Positions 10,113-19,976 of a DNA stretch of 64,000 nucleotides are shown here, piece after piece. The stretch covers positions 1-64,000 of IMG/VR virus record IMGVR_UViG_3300013286_000725; one strand, 5' to 3'. The notes under the pieces are model-generated. The model had not been told where the DNA came from, ran no database searches, and saw only the letters and a list, made by a program, of their open reading frames with translations. Source of the DNA: a virus. Each line of letters starts with the position of its first letter. The stretch's first letter is position 1. Position numbers and translations under genes: made by a program.

Positions 10113-10820
10113 ATGGATCTACTAATTTTTACATTGATTGTAACACACATTACTATCATTTGCGTGACAGTATTTTTGCATAGAGGGCAAGCACACAAAG
10201 GAATAGAATTCCATCCAGTGCTAGGTCACTTTATGCGATTCTGGCTATGGCTGACTACTGGTATGATTACTCGCCAGTGGGTGGCCATACATCGAAAACA
10301 TCATAGATTTAGTGATGTGGAAGGAGATCCACACAGTCCGCATGTGCATGGCTTTTGGAATATCTTGTGTCGAGGTGTCATGTACTATGTGCGTGAAGGT
10401 AAGAATACGCAGACTATAATGAGCTATGGCAAAGGTACTCCCAACGACTGGATTGAACGCAGACTGTACACGCCATATAACTTCTATGGCATTCTTTTAA
10501 TGCTGGCTATAGACCTAGCGTTATTTGGACCGTGGGGTTTACTAGTATGGGGCATACAAATTGCATGGATACCATTCTGGGCTGCTGGGGTAATCAACGG
10601 TGTTGGTCACTGGTTTGGCTACAAGAACGGCGACACAAGAGATCGGAGTACAAACATTGTGCCATGGGGCATACTAATTGGTGGGGAAGAATTACACAAC
10701 AATCATCACATCAATCCGGCCAGTGTTAAACTAAGTCGTCGTTGGTTTGAGTTTGACATTGGTTGGATGTACATTCGTATATTTCAAACGCTTCGATTAT
10801 TAAAATTACGCACAATATGA
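10113..10820 (+). CDS. Membrane fatty-acid (delta-9-type) desaturase
   Basis: Three His boxes HRGQAH, HRKHH, HNNHH; hydrophobic helices; C-terminal WFEFDIGW. Confidence 0.9.
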   Translation: MDLLIFTLIVTHITIICVTVFLHRGQAHKGIEFHPVLGHFMRFWLWLTTGMITRQWVAIHRKHHRFSDVEGDPHSPHVHGFWNILCRGVMYYVREGKNTQTIMSYGKGTPNDWIERRLYTPYNFYGILLMLAIDLALFGPWGLLVWGIQIAWIPFWAAGVINGVGHWFGYKNGDTRDRSTNIVPWGILIGGEELHNNHHINPASVKLSRRWFEFDIGWMYIRIFQTLRLLKLRTI

Positions 10821-11956
10821 CAACAGATATTTTATCACCTACCGCAACCTCGGTAACTGTAGGGCCATTGGCCACTAAAGTAGTTATCAGCACTGGCACA
10901 GCTTCAGTAGTATCTATTGGGCCTACTACTAGTACATGGAATAGTCAATTTACAGTTGCACAGATAGGATCTGGCGCAATTACAAGCTATACTAATAAAA
11001 TTTTAACTATCAGTAATAATCTGTGTTTTGATAACAATAATCAAAATGTCTACATATCCTCCGGGTATGCTACACAGTATCAACAAAAAGAAGGTGCGCA
11101 TCGTTGGTGGAATTCTGGTCCAGGGACTGGAGTAGCAGGTGCCGCAGTTAGCACTTTGACCAACGGCATGACATTGGATACTAACAACAACTTGTTAGTA
11201 GGCACAGTTACTAGTCCTGTAGGCACTAACGGATTGGTAGTTGGGGGCAATTTAAACATTGTTGGCGGATCTCTGTTTGCTGGAACAGGAACATTTAACA
11301 ATGCTATCACAGGCGTCACTACGGTCAACGCATACCTTAGTGCTGTTACTATTAGAGTGGGTGCAACATCTGGAACATTGACAATAAACAATGCTAGCCT
11401 ACAATTGCCCAATGCTTCTACAATTACCGTTGACGGAGCTAATCCTACAATATCAACTGCATCATCAGGCACTGCTAGTGTGTTCAATACCAATGCATCT
11501 ATTGGTCAGTTGTTTGGTAATGCTAACACAGTAACTATTGGTAAGAATACCGGAACTGTTATCACACCTGGAAATTTATCAGTTGCTGGGCTATCAAAAC
11601 TAACACGACAACAAGAAAAAGTTCAAACCATTACTGGCGCTACTGGTACAGTTATACATGATTGTACCAACGGTCAAACTTTTGTACACACTGGTATATC
11701 TAGCAATTTTATTGTCAATCTGGTCAATTTAAACCTCAACATAAACAGCAGAACAAACATAAATTTGATTTTGACTCAGGGCAGTCCAGCATGGACTGTT
11801 GTAGGGTTACAAATTAACGGATTATCGCAAGCTATTTCTTGGCAATCGGGCACAATACCACCAGGGTCGTCTAACAAGCAAGATCTAGTAGTTTTCACCA
11901 TTATCAACACCGATAGCGGCTATTTAGTTTTATCACAATCTACTAGATTCGGGTGA
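10817..11956 (+). CDS. Tail fibre-like structural protein
   Basis: Thr/Asn/Gly-rich beta-repeat protein; probable start ATG 10817 overlapping the desaturase stop (ATGA). Confidence 0.6.
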   Translation: MTTDILSPTATSVTVGPLATKVVISTGTASVVSIGPTTSTWNSQFTVAQIGSGAITSYTNKILTISNNLCFDNNNQNVYISSGYATQYQQKEGAHRWWNSGPGTGVAGAAVSTLTNGMTLDTNNNLLVGTVTSPVGTNGLVVGGNLNIVGGSLFAGTGTFNNAITGVTTVNAYLSAVTIRVGATSGTLTINNASLQLPNASTITVDGANPTISTASSGTASVFNTNASIGQLFGNANTVTIGKNTGTVITPGNLSVAGLSKLTRQQEKVQTITGATGTVIHDCTNGQTFVHTGISSNFIVNLVNLNLNINSRTNINLILTQGSPAWTVVGLQINGLSQAISWQSGTIPPGSSNKQDLVVFTIINTDSGYLVLSQSTRFG

Positions 11957-11960
11957 TAGC

Positions 11961-11982
11961 TAAATACTCTATAAGAGAGTAT
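11961..11982 (+). promoter_or_regulatory. Late-promoter TAAATA overlapped by an RBS-occluding hairpin
   Basis: TAAATA 11961-11966; stem atactct (11964-11970)/agagtat (11976-11982) covers GAGAG before ATG 11987. Confidence 0.55.
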
Positions 11983-11986
11983 AAAC

Positions 11987-12706
11987 ATGGCAATTCAGAA
12001 TATTAATCTAGGTACTTATGCCAACGACGGGTCAGGCGATGATTTACGCACGGCTTTTCAAAAGGTTAACGCAAACTTTAGTTCATTAAATACTACCACT
12101 GTTGTAGGAGCTGTAAGTTTGGGAGCAGGTGCCCCTGTTTATTCAGGTTCAATCACAACCGGTGCAGGGTCAACTTTAAATTTTAGATCTATTATAGCTG
12201 GCAACAACCTTACCCTTAGCTACAACGGCGATGCTATAATCTTGGCCACACGCAATAGTATTGCCAGTGTACAACAAGACATAAATCCACAACTGGGTAA
12301 TAATCTCAGTTTAAATTCTCATAATATTACAGGAACAGGTAATATTGAAATTACAGGATCTGTTACTGCTACAGGATTTACCGGACCGTTGACAGGTAAT
12401 GTTAGTGGTAACATAACCAGCAGCAGCTTTAGTATTTTTAATAATATCTTTGCATCGGGTAATGTTACAGCAAATCAATTTTTAGGGATTTTGCGCGGCT
12501 CAGTAGTCGGGCAAATCAGCGACATCAGTAATCGAAATTTATCAGACTTGGGAGATGTTTCCAATGCAACACCTGCAAGAGGAAATGCTCTTGTGTGGAC
12601 TGGGACACAATGGGCACCTAGCGCATCCAGTGGTGGCGGGGGTAGTCTTGATTTTGGCACTATTAATACGCCTGGCGGAATTGGTTTAGATTTAGGAACA
12701 TTTTAA
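11987..12706 (+). CDS. Baseplate/tail structural protein
   Basis: Third copy of the INLGxxANDGSGDDLRTAFQKVNANF motif. Confidence 0.7.
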   Translation: MAIQNINLGTYANDGSGDDLRTAFQKVNANFSSLNTTTVVGAVSLGAGAPVYSGSITTGAGSTLNFRSIIAGNNLTLSYNGDAIILATRNSIASVQQDINPQLGNNLSLNSHNITGTGNIEITGSVTATGFTGPLTGNVSGNITSSSFSIFNNIFASGNVTANQFLGILRGSVVGQISDISNRNLSDLGDVSNATPARGNALVWTGTQWAPSASSGGGGSLDFGTINTPGGIGLDLGTF

Positions 12707-12724
12707 AAGTTTTAGGAGAAGATA

Positions 12725-14026
12725 ATGGCATTACAGATTCGTAGAGGTGCAGAAGCACAAAGATCATCAATTGTTCCTGCAGAAGGAGAATTACTGTATG
12801 TAACAGATACACGACAATTATATGTGGGCGACGGAACCCAAGCTGGCGGTCGACCAGTGTCTGCTAGCGGTGGGGATATAAATGGACCATTTACATCAAC
12901 TAATAATTCAATTGCAGTATTTGATGGTACTACGGGAAAACAGTTACGAAATAGCAATGTAACTGTAACTAGTAATGGTACTATTACTGCCCCAAAAGTT
13001 TCTAATAGTATTCCATTTTACTATAAGGACACATTTTCATTTCCAACTGCGTCTAATGTTACAGGAGCTGTGGCATTTTCAGACTTTGACAACAGAATAT
13101 ACTTTGCCGGGAAAACTCGTTGGATAGGAATACTATCAGCAATAGAACAGGACCTCAATCCAACCTTAAGTGCTGACTTAGATATTGTTAATTATATTAT
13201 AACTACCAGTGAGACGAATGGCAACATTACTTTGGCACCTAATGGTACAGGAGCTGTCAATATTATCAGGGGTAACTTAAATTTAGTCGGTGATATTTCT
13301 AAAAGCGGAACATTGAATATTAATGCCGATCAAGTCAATCTACCGAGTAGAATCAGTATATCAGAAACTAGTTTTCCAGTAAATGATAATTTACTATCAT
13401 CTACTATATCAATAACTCAAACACATACAACCGTACAATCTATACCAATTACATTTAAAAGAAGTAGAGGCAATCTTCTTGGTATTGCCTCAGTTGTCAA
13501 TGCAGATGAATTAGGATCTCTTAGATTTGATGGGCGCAATAGTTCATCATATGTTAATGGTGGAAAGATTGCCGCAGTTGTAGACGGTAGTCCAGGTGCC
13601 AATAGCATGCCTACTAAGTTCCAATTTAGTACGCATAATGGTAGTAGTGTTGCTGTTAGAGCAGAACTGTCATCTGGCGGTATATTGAAAGTAGATCAAA
13701 TACAATCATTAACTAGTTCGCAACTAACTTTTAACACTGCTGTAAAATACAATGTCACTGCATTAACTGCATTGACCTCAGCTGATGTTACTCTAGTAGC
13801 AGCAGACATCACTGGAAATATTTTAACCTGCGCACCCAGTGCCGATAGAAATTTAACACTGCCCGATGCCACCATTACTAGTTTGAAAGGACTATTTGTA
13901 ATTATTAGAAACACTAGCGGATTTGCAGTCACAGTGAAAAATAGCGGCGGCACTACACTAATCACATTAAATGCCACCAGTGCAGTACGAATTGCCACTG
14001 ATGGTGCTAGCTGGTTTGTATATTAA
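12725..14026 (+). CDS. Tail fibre / receptor-binding-like protein
   Basis: N-terminal LQIRRG...EGELLYVTDT..LYVGDG typical of Mtd/hyaluronidase-like fibre N-termini; RBS AGGAG. Confidence 0.7.
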   Translation: MALQIRRGAEAQRSSIVPAEGELLYVTDTRQLYVGDGTQAGGRPVSASGGDINGPFTSTNNSIAVFDGTTGKQLRNSNVTVTSNGTITAPKVSNSIPFYYKDTFSFPTASNVTGAVAFSDFDNRIYFAGKTRWIGILSAIEQDLNPTLSADLDIVNYIITTSETNGNITLAPNGTGAVNIIRGNLNLVGDISKSGTLNINADQVNLPSRISISETSFPVNDNLLSSTISITQTHTTVQSIPITFKRSRGNLLGIASVVNADELGSLRFDGRNSSSYVNGGKIAAVVDGSPGANSMPTKFQFSTHNGSSVAVRAELSSGGILKVDQIQSLTSSQLTFNTAVKYNVTALTALTSADVTLVAADITGNILTCAPSADRNLTLPDATITSLKGLFVIIRNTSGFAVTVKNSGGTTLITLNATSAVRIATDGASWFVY

Positions 14027-14039
14027 TAAGGATTAGATT

Positions 14040-16310
14040 GTGTCATTATTAGTTTGGTCCCAGCCGTCGGGTTATAGTTTTGGTACCGTTGCCCAGAGAC
14101 AAACAGTAACACAGCTTTTACCAATTACTGTATACGGTGATTTAACCAAAACTAAATTCTCTGTTATATCAGGACAACTTCCTCCCGGCCTGAGAATTGT
14201 CAATAATTACCTAGTCGGAACTCCGTTTACTGTTGCTAGACAAACAACTTTTAAATTTGTTATTCGAGCGCAATTGGCCAATGAGATAGCTGATCGAACA
14301 TTTGCACTTACTGTATTAGGTAGCGGTGCACCAGTATGGGCCACGCCTGCAGGAAACTTACCAGTTGGATCAAATCACACCTATTATATCTTAGATGACT
14401 CTTATGTTGATTTTCAGTTGGGTGCAGTTGATCCGGGAACTGTTGCCGGCCAAACATTAAAATACTTTGTTGCCAGCGGTGGCGGAGAATTGCCGCCAGG
14501 ACTGATACTAACTGATGCTGGACGATTGGTTGGGTTTATACAACCAGCATTGGTAATTCCCAATGACGCAGGCAATGGTTTTTTTGATCAAACGGTCTAT
14601 GACTATGTGGCTTACGATTTTGGTTACAGACCCAGCAACGGATATGATAGTTTTATCTACGATCTTACCAACTTTGATTTCAGTACTCAAAGCAAGGCGC
14701 CCCGTACTTTAAATCGCAACTATCAATTCAAAGTTACTGTAACAGATGGTGATTACTCTGCTACACAAGTTTTTCAAATATATGTTGTTGGTGCAGATTT
14801 TTTCCGCAGTGACAATACAGCCAGTAGTGTAGGAGCGGGAATATTCACCGCTGACTCAAGTTATGTTAGAAGTCCTATTTGGGTCACTCCTAATAATCTT
14901 GGAACTGTTAGGGCCAATAATTATCAAATAATTCCTTTGGAAACTTATGCCGGATTAGAAATAGGACCCATTACCTATAAATTTATCAGCGGAACCTTGC
15001 CTCCTGGTTTAGAGTATGATACCAAAACTAGTACAGTCTTCGGAGCCATACCGTATCAAACTCCAGTAACCCAGACCTATTCATGGACTGTGGGTGCTAT
15101 CGGTGTAGGCGACCGGACAGAGACAAACACCAGTACTAGAACATTCTCATTAACTGTCATTGGAGAAATTGACAGCTTGCTACAGTGGAAAACTTCAGCC
15201 AATTTAGGATCAATCTCTGCTAATTTTATTAGCAACTTATCAGTGGTTGCTGAACATACTCAAGGATTTGTTTCAACAATTCTGTATTATATAACAGATG
15301 GACAACTACCTCCCGGACTAACTTTAAATCTTGACGGAGAAATTGTGGGTAAAGTTCCGCAGGCTTCATTGATATCATTAGACAACGGCTCTATGACTTT
15401 TGACGGTAGCACAACTTCTTTTGATAGACACTATAAATTTACTGTTGAAGCAAGAGATTATGCAATGTTCAATACTATTGCTAAACAATTCAGCATTGAT
15501 GTTATAAGCATTGACGATAGAAACTATAGCAATTTAAAAGTAAAACCTTATCTAAAACAACAACAACGAGATTTGTTTAAATCTTTTATTAATAACAGTT
15601 CAATTTTTAATATTAATTATATTTACCGACCAACAGATATAAATTTTGGAATACAAAAGAATTTACAAATGTTAGTATATGCCGGCATTGAAACTAAATC
15701 AGCTGCCGAGGTAGTATCAGCAGTGGGTCGAAATCACAAACCAACAAGATTCTTGGCGGGCAAGATTAAGAAAGCACGAGCTACCCTTCCGCAAACAACA
15801 ACGGTAGTTTATGAAGTTATATATTTAGAGATCTTAGATCCTTTAGAAATTGGTAAATTGCATTTACCCCTAACTATAAAAACCAGTCGTGGGCCCGGCA
15901 AGGCAGTCACTGTTGATCAAACAGGCGAAAAACAAGATCCATTTACTGTAACGCTGGACCGAAATGATATGTTTGCGGGAGATCCTTACAACATCTACAA
16001 AGAACCATCAAGTGTTGCGTTATGGAGATATCGAATCAGTCAGTTAGGGCTAACTGAAAGAGAGTTTTTACCTTTATGGATGCGTAGTATTCAACCAGGT
16101 GAAGTTGTAGAATTAGGCTATGTCAAGGCGATTCCATTATGCTACTGCCTACCTGGCACAGCAGATAACATATTACTAAACATCAAATATAGCAAATTTG
16201 ATTTTAACCAATTAGACTTTACCGTGGACCGATACATAATAGATTCTGTCACCGGTTATAGCAGTGATAAATATATCGTATTTAGAAACGACAGGACAAC
16301 AATAACATGA
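14040..16310 (+). CDS. Ig-like repeat structural (baseplate wedge-like) protein
   Basis: Four GxLPPGL repeats typical of putative Ig domains; GTG start; within tail cluster. Confidence 0.65.
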   Translation: MSLLVWSQPSGYSFGTVAQRQTVTQLLPITVYGDLTKTKFSVISGQLPPGLRIVNNYLVGTPFTVARQTTFKFVIRAQLANEIADRTFALTVLGSGAPVWATPAGNLPVGSNHTYYILDDSYVDFQLGAVDPGTVAGQTLKYFVASGGGELPPGLILTDAGRLVGFIQPALVIPNDAGNGFFDQTVYDYVAYDFGYRPSNGYDSFIYDLTNFDFSTQSKAPRTLNRNYQFKVTVTDGDYSATQVFQIYVVGADFFRSDNTASSVGAGIFTADSSYVRSPIWVTPNNLGTVRANNYQIIPLETYAGLEIGPITYKFISGTLPPGLEYDTKTSTVFGAIPYQTPVTQTYSWTVGAIGVGDRTETNTSTRTFSLTVIGEIDSLLQWKTSANLGSISANFISNLSVVAEHTQGFVSTILYYITDGQLPPGLTLNLDGEIVGKVPQASLISLDNGSMTFDGSTTSFDRHYKFTVEARDYAMFNTIAKQFSIDVISIDDRNYSNLKVKPYLKQQQRDLFKSFINNSSIFNINYIYRPTDINFGIQKNLQMLVYAGIETKSAAEVVSAVGRNHKPTRFLAGKIKKARATLPQTTTVVYEVIYLEILDPLEIGKLHLPLTIKTSRGPGKAVTVDQTGEKQDPFTVTLDRNDMFAGDPYNIYKEPSSVALWRYRISQLGLTEREFLPLWMRSIQPGEVVELGYVKAIPLCYCLPGTADNILLNIKYSKFDFNQLDFTVDRYIIDSVTGYSSDKYIVFRNDRTTIT

Positions 16311-16888
16311 CCAGCCAAGTTACCAATTATTCAGCAAGTATAGATCCAGCATTTCCCGTTGCAGGAGTTGACAATAACAGTCAGGGTTTTAGAGATAACT
16401 TTGGTTATATTCAAAGTGGTCTAAATATTGCAGCCACCGAACTCACTCAGTTGCAGGCTAACACTGCCAAACTTAACTCTGCCAACAATTTCAACGGGCA
16501 ACAAATAGCCAATGCAATTACGCTACGGCTTTACGGCACTGTTATTAACAATACTTTAGTCTCAGCTGCTACTAATATTATTGTGGCCAACGGTGATTAT
16601 CAAACCTATACAGTAGGTGCCGGGTCTTCTGGCAGTCCTTTAATTTTTACATTTACACAGTGGCCACAATATAATTCCGTTGCTAGAATTCGTGTACAAT
16701 TAACCAGTGATGGCTCGGCACGATATGTGTCGTTCAGCACTGTTAATGCAGGTACTGTGAAATTTGATACTGCTACCATCTATCCATTGTTGATACCTGC
16801 TAGCACATCGCGCAGTGTTTTTATTGAAGCATGGACTTACAATCAAGGTGTCACAGTGTTTGTCAAAGGACTAGGGGAGTTTGTCTAA
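16307..16888 (+). CDS. Virion structural protein, unknown function
   Basis: FPVAGVDNNSQGFRDNF N-terminus; TAAATA at 16268 upstream. Confidence 0.55.
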   Translation: MTSQVTNYSASIDPAFPVAGVDNNSQGFRDNFGYIQSGLNIAATELTQLQANTAKLNSANNFNGQQIANAITLRLYGTVINNTLVSAATNIIVANGDYQTYTVGAGSSGSPLIFTFTQWPQYNSVARIRVQLTSDGSARYVSFSTVNAGTVKFDTATIYPLLIPASTSRSVFIEAWTYNQGVTVFVKGLGEFV

Positions 16889-17121
16889 TGCATCCATTGG
16901 CAGAAGACTTTAGTCTACTCAAAGATGCTGAGGTAGAAGAACGCATCCAAACACTGAGTAAGAAATACTGGATGGCCGGTAACAATCCCAATGTGCAAGA
17001 ACAGATCAGCATGTTTTTGGAACTGTATAACGAAGAATTAAAGAGCCGTCGAGCAAAAATGTGGCAGCAACAATACCAAAAGCGCGATAAAGGCCTTGAC
17101 AATTTAATCAAAGTCAATTAA
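16888..17121 (+). CDS. Hypothetical protein
   Basis: ATG 16888 overlaps upstream TAA; RBS GGGGAG. Confidence 0.6.
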   Translation: MHPLAEDFSLLKDAEVEERIQTLSKKYWMAGNNPNVQEQISMFLELYNEELKSRRAKMWQQQYQKRDKGLDNLIKVN

Positions 17122-17124
17122 AAT
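17096..17124 (+). promoter_or_regulatory. Sigma70-type promoter, probably giving a leaderless mRNA
   Basis: TTGACA-17-TAAAAT with ATG 7 nt downstream and no SD. Confidence 0.55.
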
Positions 17125-17131
17125 ATAGGCT

Positions 17132-17635
17132 ATGCGCCTAGACAAATATAGTAATCCCATCTTTAGTGAGCAAGATCTGTTTGATGCTATATATCATGGC
17201 TATCAATTCAACGCCAATGACACCATGCTCATTGAGCGTACAGATGCTGTCAAACAGTTAGAAACACAGATAGGTTTTAAATTATTAGAACCATATGAAA
17301 CTCACCCCACAGTAGCAGACTATGACAAGGCCTGCCAAACTGTTTGGAATATGCCCAAAGATTATTGTTCAAATTTGGTAGAAATGCTATACAGCATGTG
17401 TACTACAGCAGAACAAACTGACAGAGTAAGCGAAGAACTAGAAGCGTTCATCCAGCACGGAATGATGGATTTGCTGTTTTATCTAAAATATTTAGTGGAT
17501 GTCATGCGGTCCAACAATGTAGTTTGGGGTGTTGGGAGAGGATCAAGTGTTGCCAGCTATGTGCTATTCCTAATAGGAGTACACAAGATAGATAGTATCA
17601 AATATAATTTAGACTGGCAAGAATTTTTGAGATAA
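17132..17635 (+). CDS. DNA polymerase III alpha (DnaE)-like fragment
   Basis: GVGRGSSVASYVLFLIGVHKIDSIKYNLDWQEFL matches DnaE GPGRGSxxGSLVAYxLxITxxDPxxxxLxFERFL; ORF ends before the catalytic PDxDxD. Confidence 0.75.
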   Translation: MRLDKYSNPIFSEQDLFDAIYHGYQFNANDTMLIERTDAVKQLETQIGFKLLEPYETHPTVADYDKACQTVWNMPKDYCSNLVEMLYSMCTTAEQTDRVSEELEAFIQHGMMDLLFYLKYLVDVMRSNNVVWGVGRGSSVASYVLFLIGVHKIDSIKYNLDWQEFLR

Positions 17636-17659
17636 GTACATATATAACAGGAGATAACC

Positions 17660-17956
17660 ATGTCATACAAATCGATGCAAGGTAAAGAAATTGACTTAGA
17701 TAAACTGCGTTTACGCAACGAAACCACTGTTGCAGTGGGCAATGCTCGAGTAAATGCTCGAGGTGATAAATTGGGCCCAGGTGGCAAAATTATTAAAAGG
17801 CGTGAAGATATCATGGCCGAATACAGCATTCATCCGGATGCAGTTCCGGACGGTGTAAGAGCTTCACCTGTCTCTGAGGTTGTTGTAGAACAAGCACCCA
17901 AGGTAGTTGAAAAAGATCTAACTATTGACGACGATATTGAATCGGAGAAAAAATGA
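17660..17956 (+). CDS. Hypothetical late protein
   Basis: RBS AGGAG; TAAGTA variant motif at 17633. Confidence 0.65.
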   Translation: MSYKSMQGKEIDLDKLRLRNETTVAVGNARVNARGDKLGPGGKIIKRREDIMAEYSIHPDAVPDGVRASPVSEVVVEQAPKVVEKDLTIDDDIESEKK

Positions 17957-18297
17957 CTATAGGTGTTGTAAAGGGCAAGTTGCGTCCTATTCGTAATCAT
18001 GTACTAGTATGTGATATGGAGTTTGAAGCAACTGTTACTTCGTCCGGTATCTACATTCCCAGTCAAAACGGTAAAACAGAAGGCATTAAACCTCGATGGG
18101 GCCGTGTCTATGCTGTTGGCCCTGAACAACTGGATGTCAAAGTGGGTGAATGGATCTATGTAGAACATGGTCGTTGGACTAGAGGAGCCATAGTTGAAGA
18201 TGACGCTGGCAATGAGCTCGTTGTGCGCAGAGTAGATAACGATGCCATAATGCTACAAGCAGATGAACCACCGAATGATGTGTATATACCAAAATGA
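17953..18297 (+). CDS. groES: GroES-like co-chaperonin
   Basis: LRPIRNHVLV...TSSGIYIP...GRVYAVGP...VKVGEWI. Confidence 0.8.
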   Translation: MTIGVVKGKLRPIRNHVLVCDMEFEATVTSSGIYIPSQNGKTEGIKPRWGRVYAVGPEQLDVKVGEWIYVEHGRWTRGAIVEDDAGNELVVRRVDNDAIMLQADEPPNDVYIPK

Positions 18298-18659
18298 ATC
18301 CATTCAGAGACCAAGAAACATTCATGAAGGCTTGTGATCAAACGGTTGATAGCTTTAATCAAGAACAATTTAAATTGTATCTTGGCTTAATTGAAGAAGA
18401 ATACAAAGAGCTTAAAGAAGCTATTAATAATAATGATCAATTAGAAACTCTAGATGCACTTGTTGATATCCTAGTTGTTACCATCGGTGCTATCCATAGT
18501 GCCGGATACAATGCCGAAGGTGCGTGGAAAGAAGTTATGGCTACGAACTTTGCCAAGATTGATTCAGAGACTTGCAAAGTTCGCAAGCGTGGGGACGGTA
18601 AGGTATTGAAACCCGTAGGGTGGATGCCTCCGGAGTTGGGACAATATTTGTCCAAATAA
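18294..18659 (+). CDS. MazG-like all-alpha NTP pyrophosphohydrolase
   Basis: LIEEEYKEL...DALVDILVV...WKEVMATNFAK...DGKVLKP. Confidence 0.75.
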   Translation: MNPFRDQETFMKACDQTVDSFNQEQFKLYLGLIEEEYKELKEAINNNDQLETLDALVDILVVTIGAIHSAGYNAEGAWKEVMATNFAKIDSETCKVRKRGDGKVLKPVGWMPPELGQYLSK

Positions 18660-18662
18660 CTC

Positions 18663-18689
18663 AAAGGGTCTCAATAGACCCTTTCTTTT
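18663..18689 (+). terminator. Intrinsic terminator
   Basis: aaagggtct-caat-agacccttt followed by ctttt. Confidence 0.8.
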
Positions 18690-18711
18690 ATTAATATTTA
18701 AAGGAGATAAA

Positions 18712-19491
18712 ATGAAAGTTGGCGGTTGTCAAATTCCAGTATCGTCAGATATTGGACAAAATGTTATTACACTTAAAGCTGCCATTGACTGGGCGGCTAA
18801 TGACGGAGTTGATATTTTCCTCACCCCCGAATGTGCGTTGAGTGGCTATCTGTGGCAGGCAGAAAATGCCACAGATCACAGGTTGAACAAATTACCAACA
18901 GCATTGGAAACTGTAGTTTCTTATGCTAAAGAAAAAGATATTGATCTAGTACTAGGTACAGGTATCTATGAAGATGATTCTTTTGAGTATAGTCCAAATA
19001 AAAAATGGTACAATCAATTGAGATTCTATGTAGGCGGCGAGCTGGTACACAAACACAACAAGATACTTACCACAATTGATGAGCCATATGATCCGGGTAC
19101 CACCTTGGATATTTTTGAATATCAAGGCATAAAAACGGCCGGACTTATCTGTAACGATTTATGGGTATGTGGTTTTCAAAGTCCCGGTGATGCTGGAAGA
19201 CTAGCTAGAGAACTGAAAGATAAAGAGGTTAGGTTATTGTTTGTAGGAGCCAATGCCCCTAAAATGCCAAGCGACCCTGACTATTTTTATGCATGGAGCG
19301 ATATCAATATACAGACTTACAGCAGACAAGGTCATTATGCTATTGCGATAAGTGAAAGTTCAAGTTTGCAAAACGGTATCCCATATACTGGAAAAGTTGG
19401 TACACCGAGCGGTATCATGGATTCAGTAAGAGGATGGGTGGCCAAGACTGCAGATAACAGTACTCATTATTACAGTTATGAATGGAAATAA
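18712..19491 (+). CDS. Carbon-nitrogen hydrolase (nitrilase superfamily)
   Basis: E-K-C triad motifs TPECALSGY, HNK, GLICNDLW. Confidence 0.8.
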   Translation: MKVGGCQIPVSSDIGQNVITLKAAIDWAANDGVDIFLTPECALSGYLWQAENATDHRLNKLPTALETVVSYAKEKDIDLVLGTGIYEDDSFEYSPNKKWYNQLRFYVGGELVHKHNKILTTIDEPYDPGTTLDIFEYQGIKTAGLICNDLWVCGFQSPGDAGRLARELKDKEVRLLFVGANAPKMPSDPDYFYAWSDINIQTYSRQGHYAIAISESSSLQNGIPYTGKVGTPSGIMDSVRGWVAKTADNSTHYYSYEWK

Positions 19492-19508
19492 TATTTTTTA
19501 ATAACTCC

Positions 19509-19545
19509 AATGGGCCTTGACAGGCCCATTCTTTTCATCTATAAT
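19509..19545 (+). promoter_or_regulatory. Terminator hairpin fused with consensus sigma70 promoter
   Basis: aatgggcct-tgac-aggcccatt-ctttt; TTGACA (19517)-17-TATAAT (19540). Confidence 0.75.
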
Positions 19546-19563
19546 AACACAAAAGGACATTGT

Positions 19564-19731
19564 ATGGACATTCAACCTAAAGATACAAGCCGAGGACATT
19601 TTTATGTTAGTGTTTGTAAGAGTGCTGTGCGTATTGCGGCAGGTGCTGGACTAATTATGGGATCGCTGGCAGTATGTGGATGGTTGCTAATCTTAGCAGA
19701 ACTGTTGGGCATTTTAGAGGAGATGGTGTGA
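19564..19731 (+). CDS. Small membrane protein
   Basis: RBS AAAGGA, ATG 19564; hydrophobic C-terminal half. Confidence 0.55.
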   Translation: MDIQPKDTSRGHFYVSVCKSAVRIAAGAGLIMGSLAVCGWLLILAELLGILEEMV

Positions 19732-19976
19732 ACCAACGAATCCGACAACTTGTTAGACAGGCTGGGCTAGATGATGCTGACTTTCCTATTGAGAACTGGG
19801 ATAATGTTCCCTTGGAAAAACTCGCCGAGTTGATTTTAGACGATGTCATTACCATTATTAACAATCCTAGAAACTACAATGAGTGTGTATACACTACATT
19901 TGATCTAGCACAGGGCAAAGCAGTAGCACATCAGCTTGCTACAAAAATTAAAGAACATTTTAAGGATACACAATGA
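19728..19976 (+). CDS. Hypothetical protein
   Basis: GTG at 19728 after GAGGAG; NQRIRQLVRQAG N-terminus typical of small phage early ORFs. Confidence 0.55.
   Translation: MNQRIRQLVRQAGLDDADFPIENWDNVPLEKLAELILDDVITIINNPRNYNECVYTTFDLAQGKAVAHQLATKIKEHFKDTQ

Noticed and set aside
683-16888. Diversity-generating retroelement targeting fibre genes
   Set aside because: No reverse transcriptase and no template/variable repeat pair seen in the window
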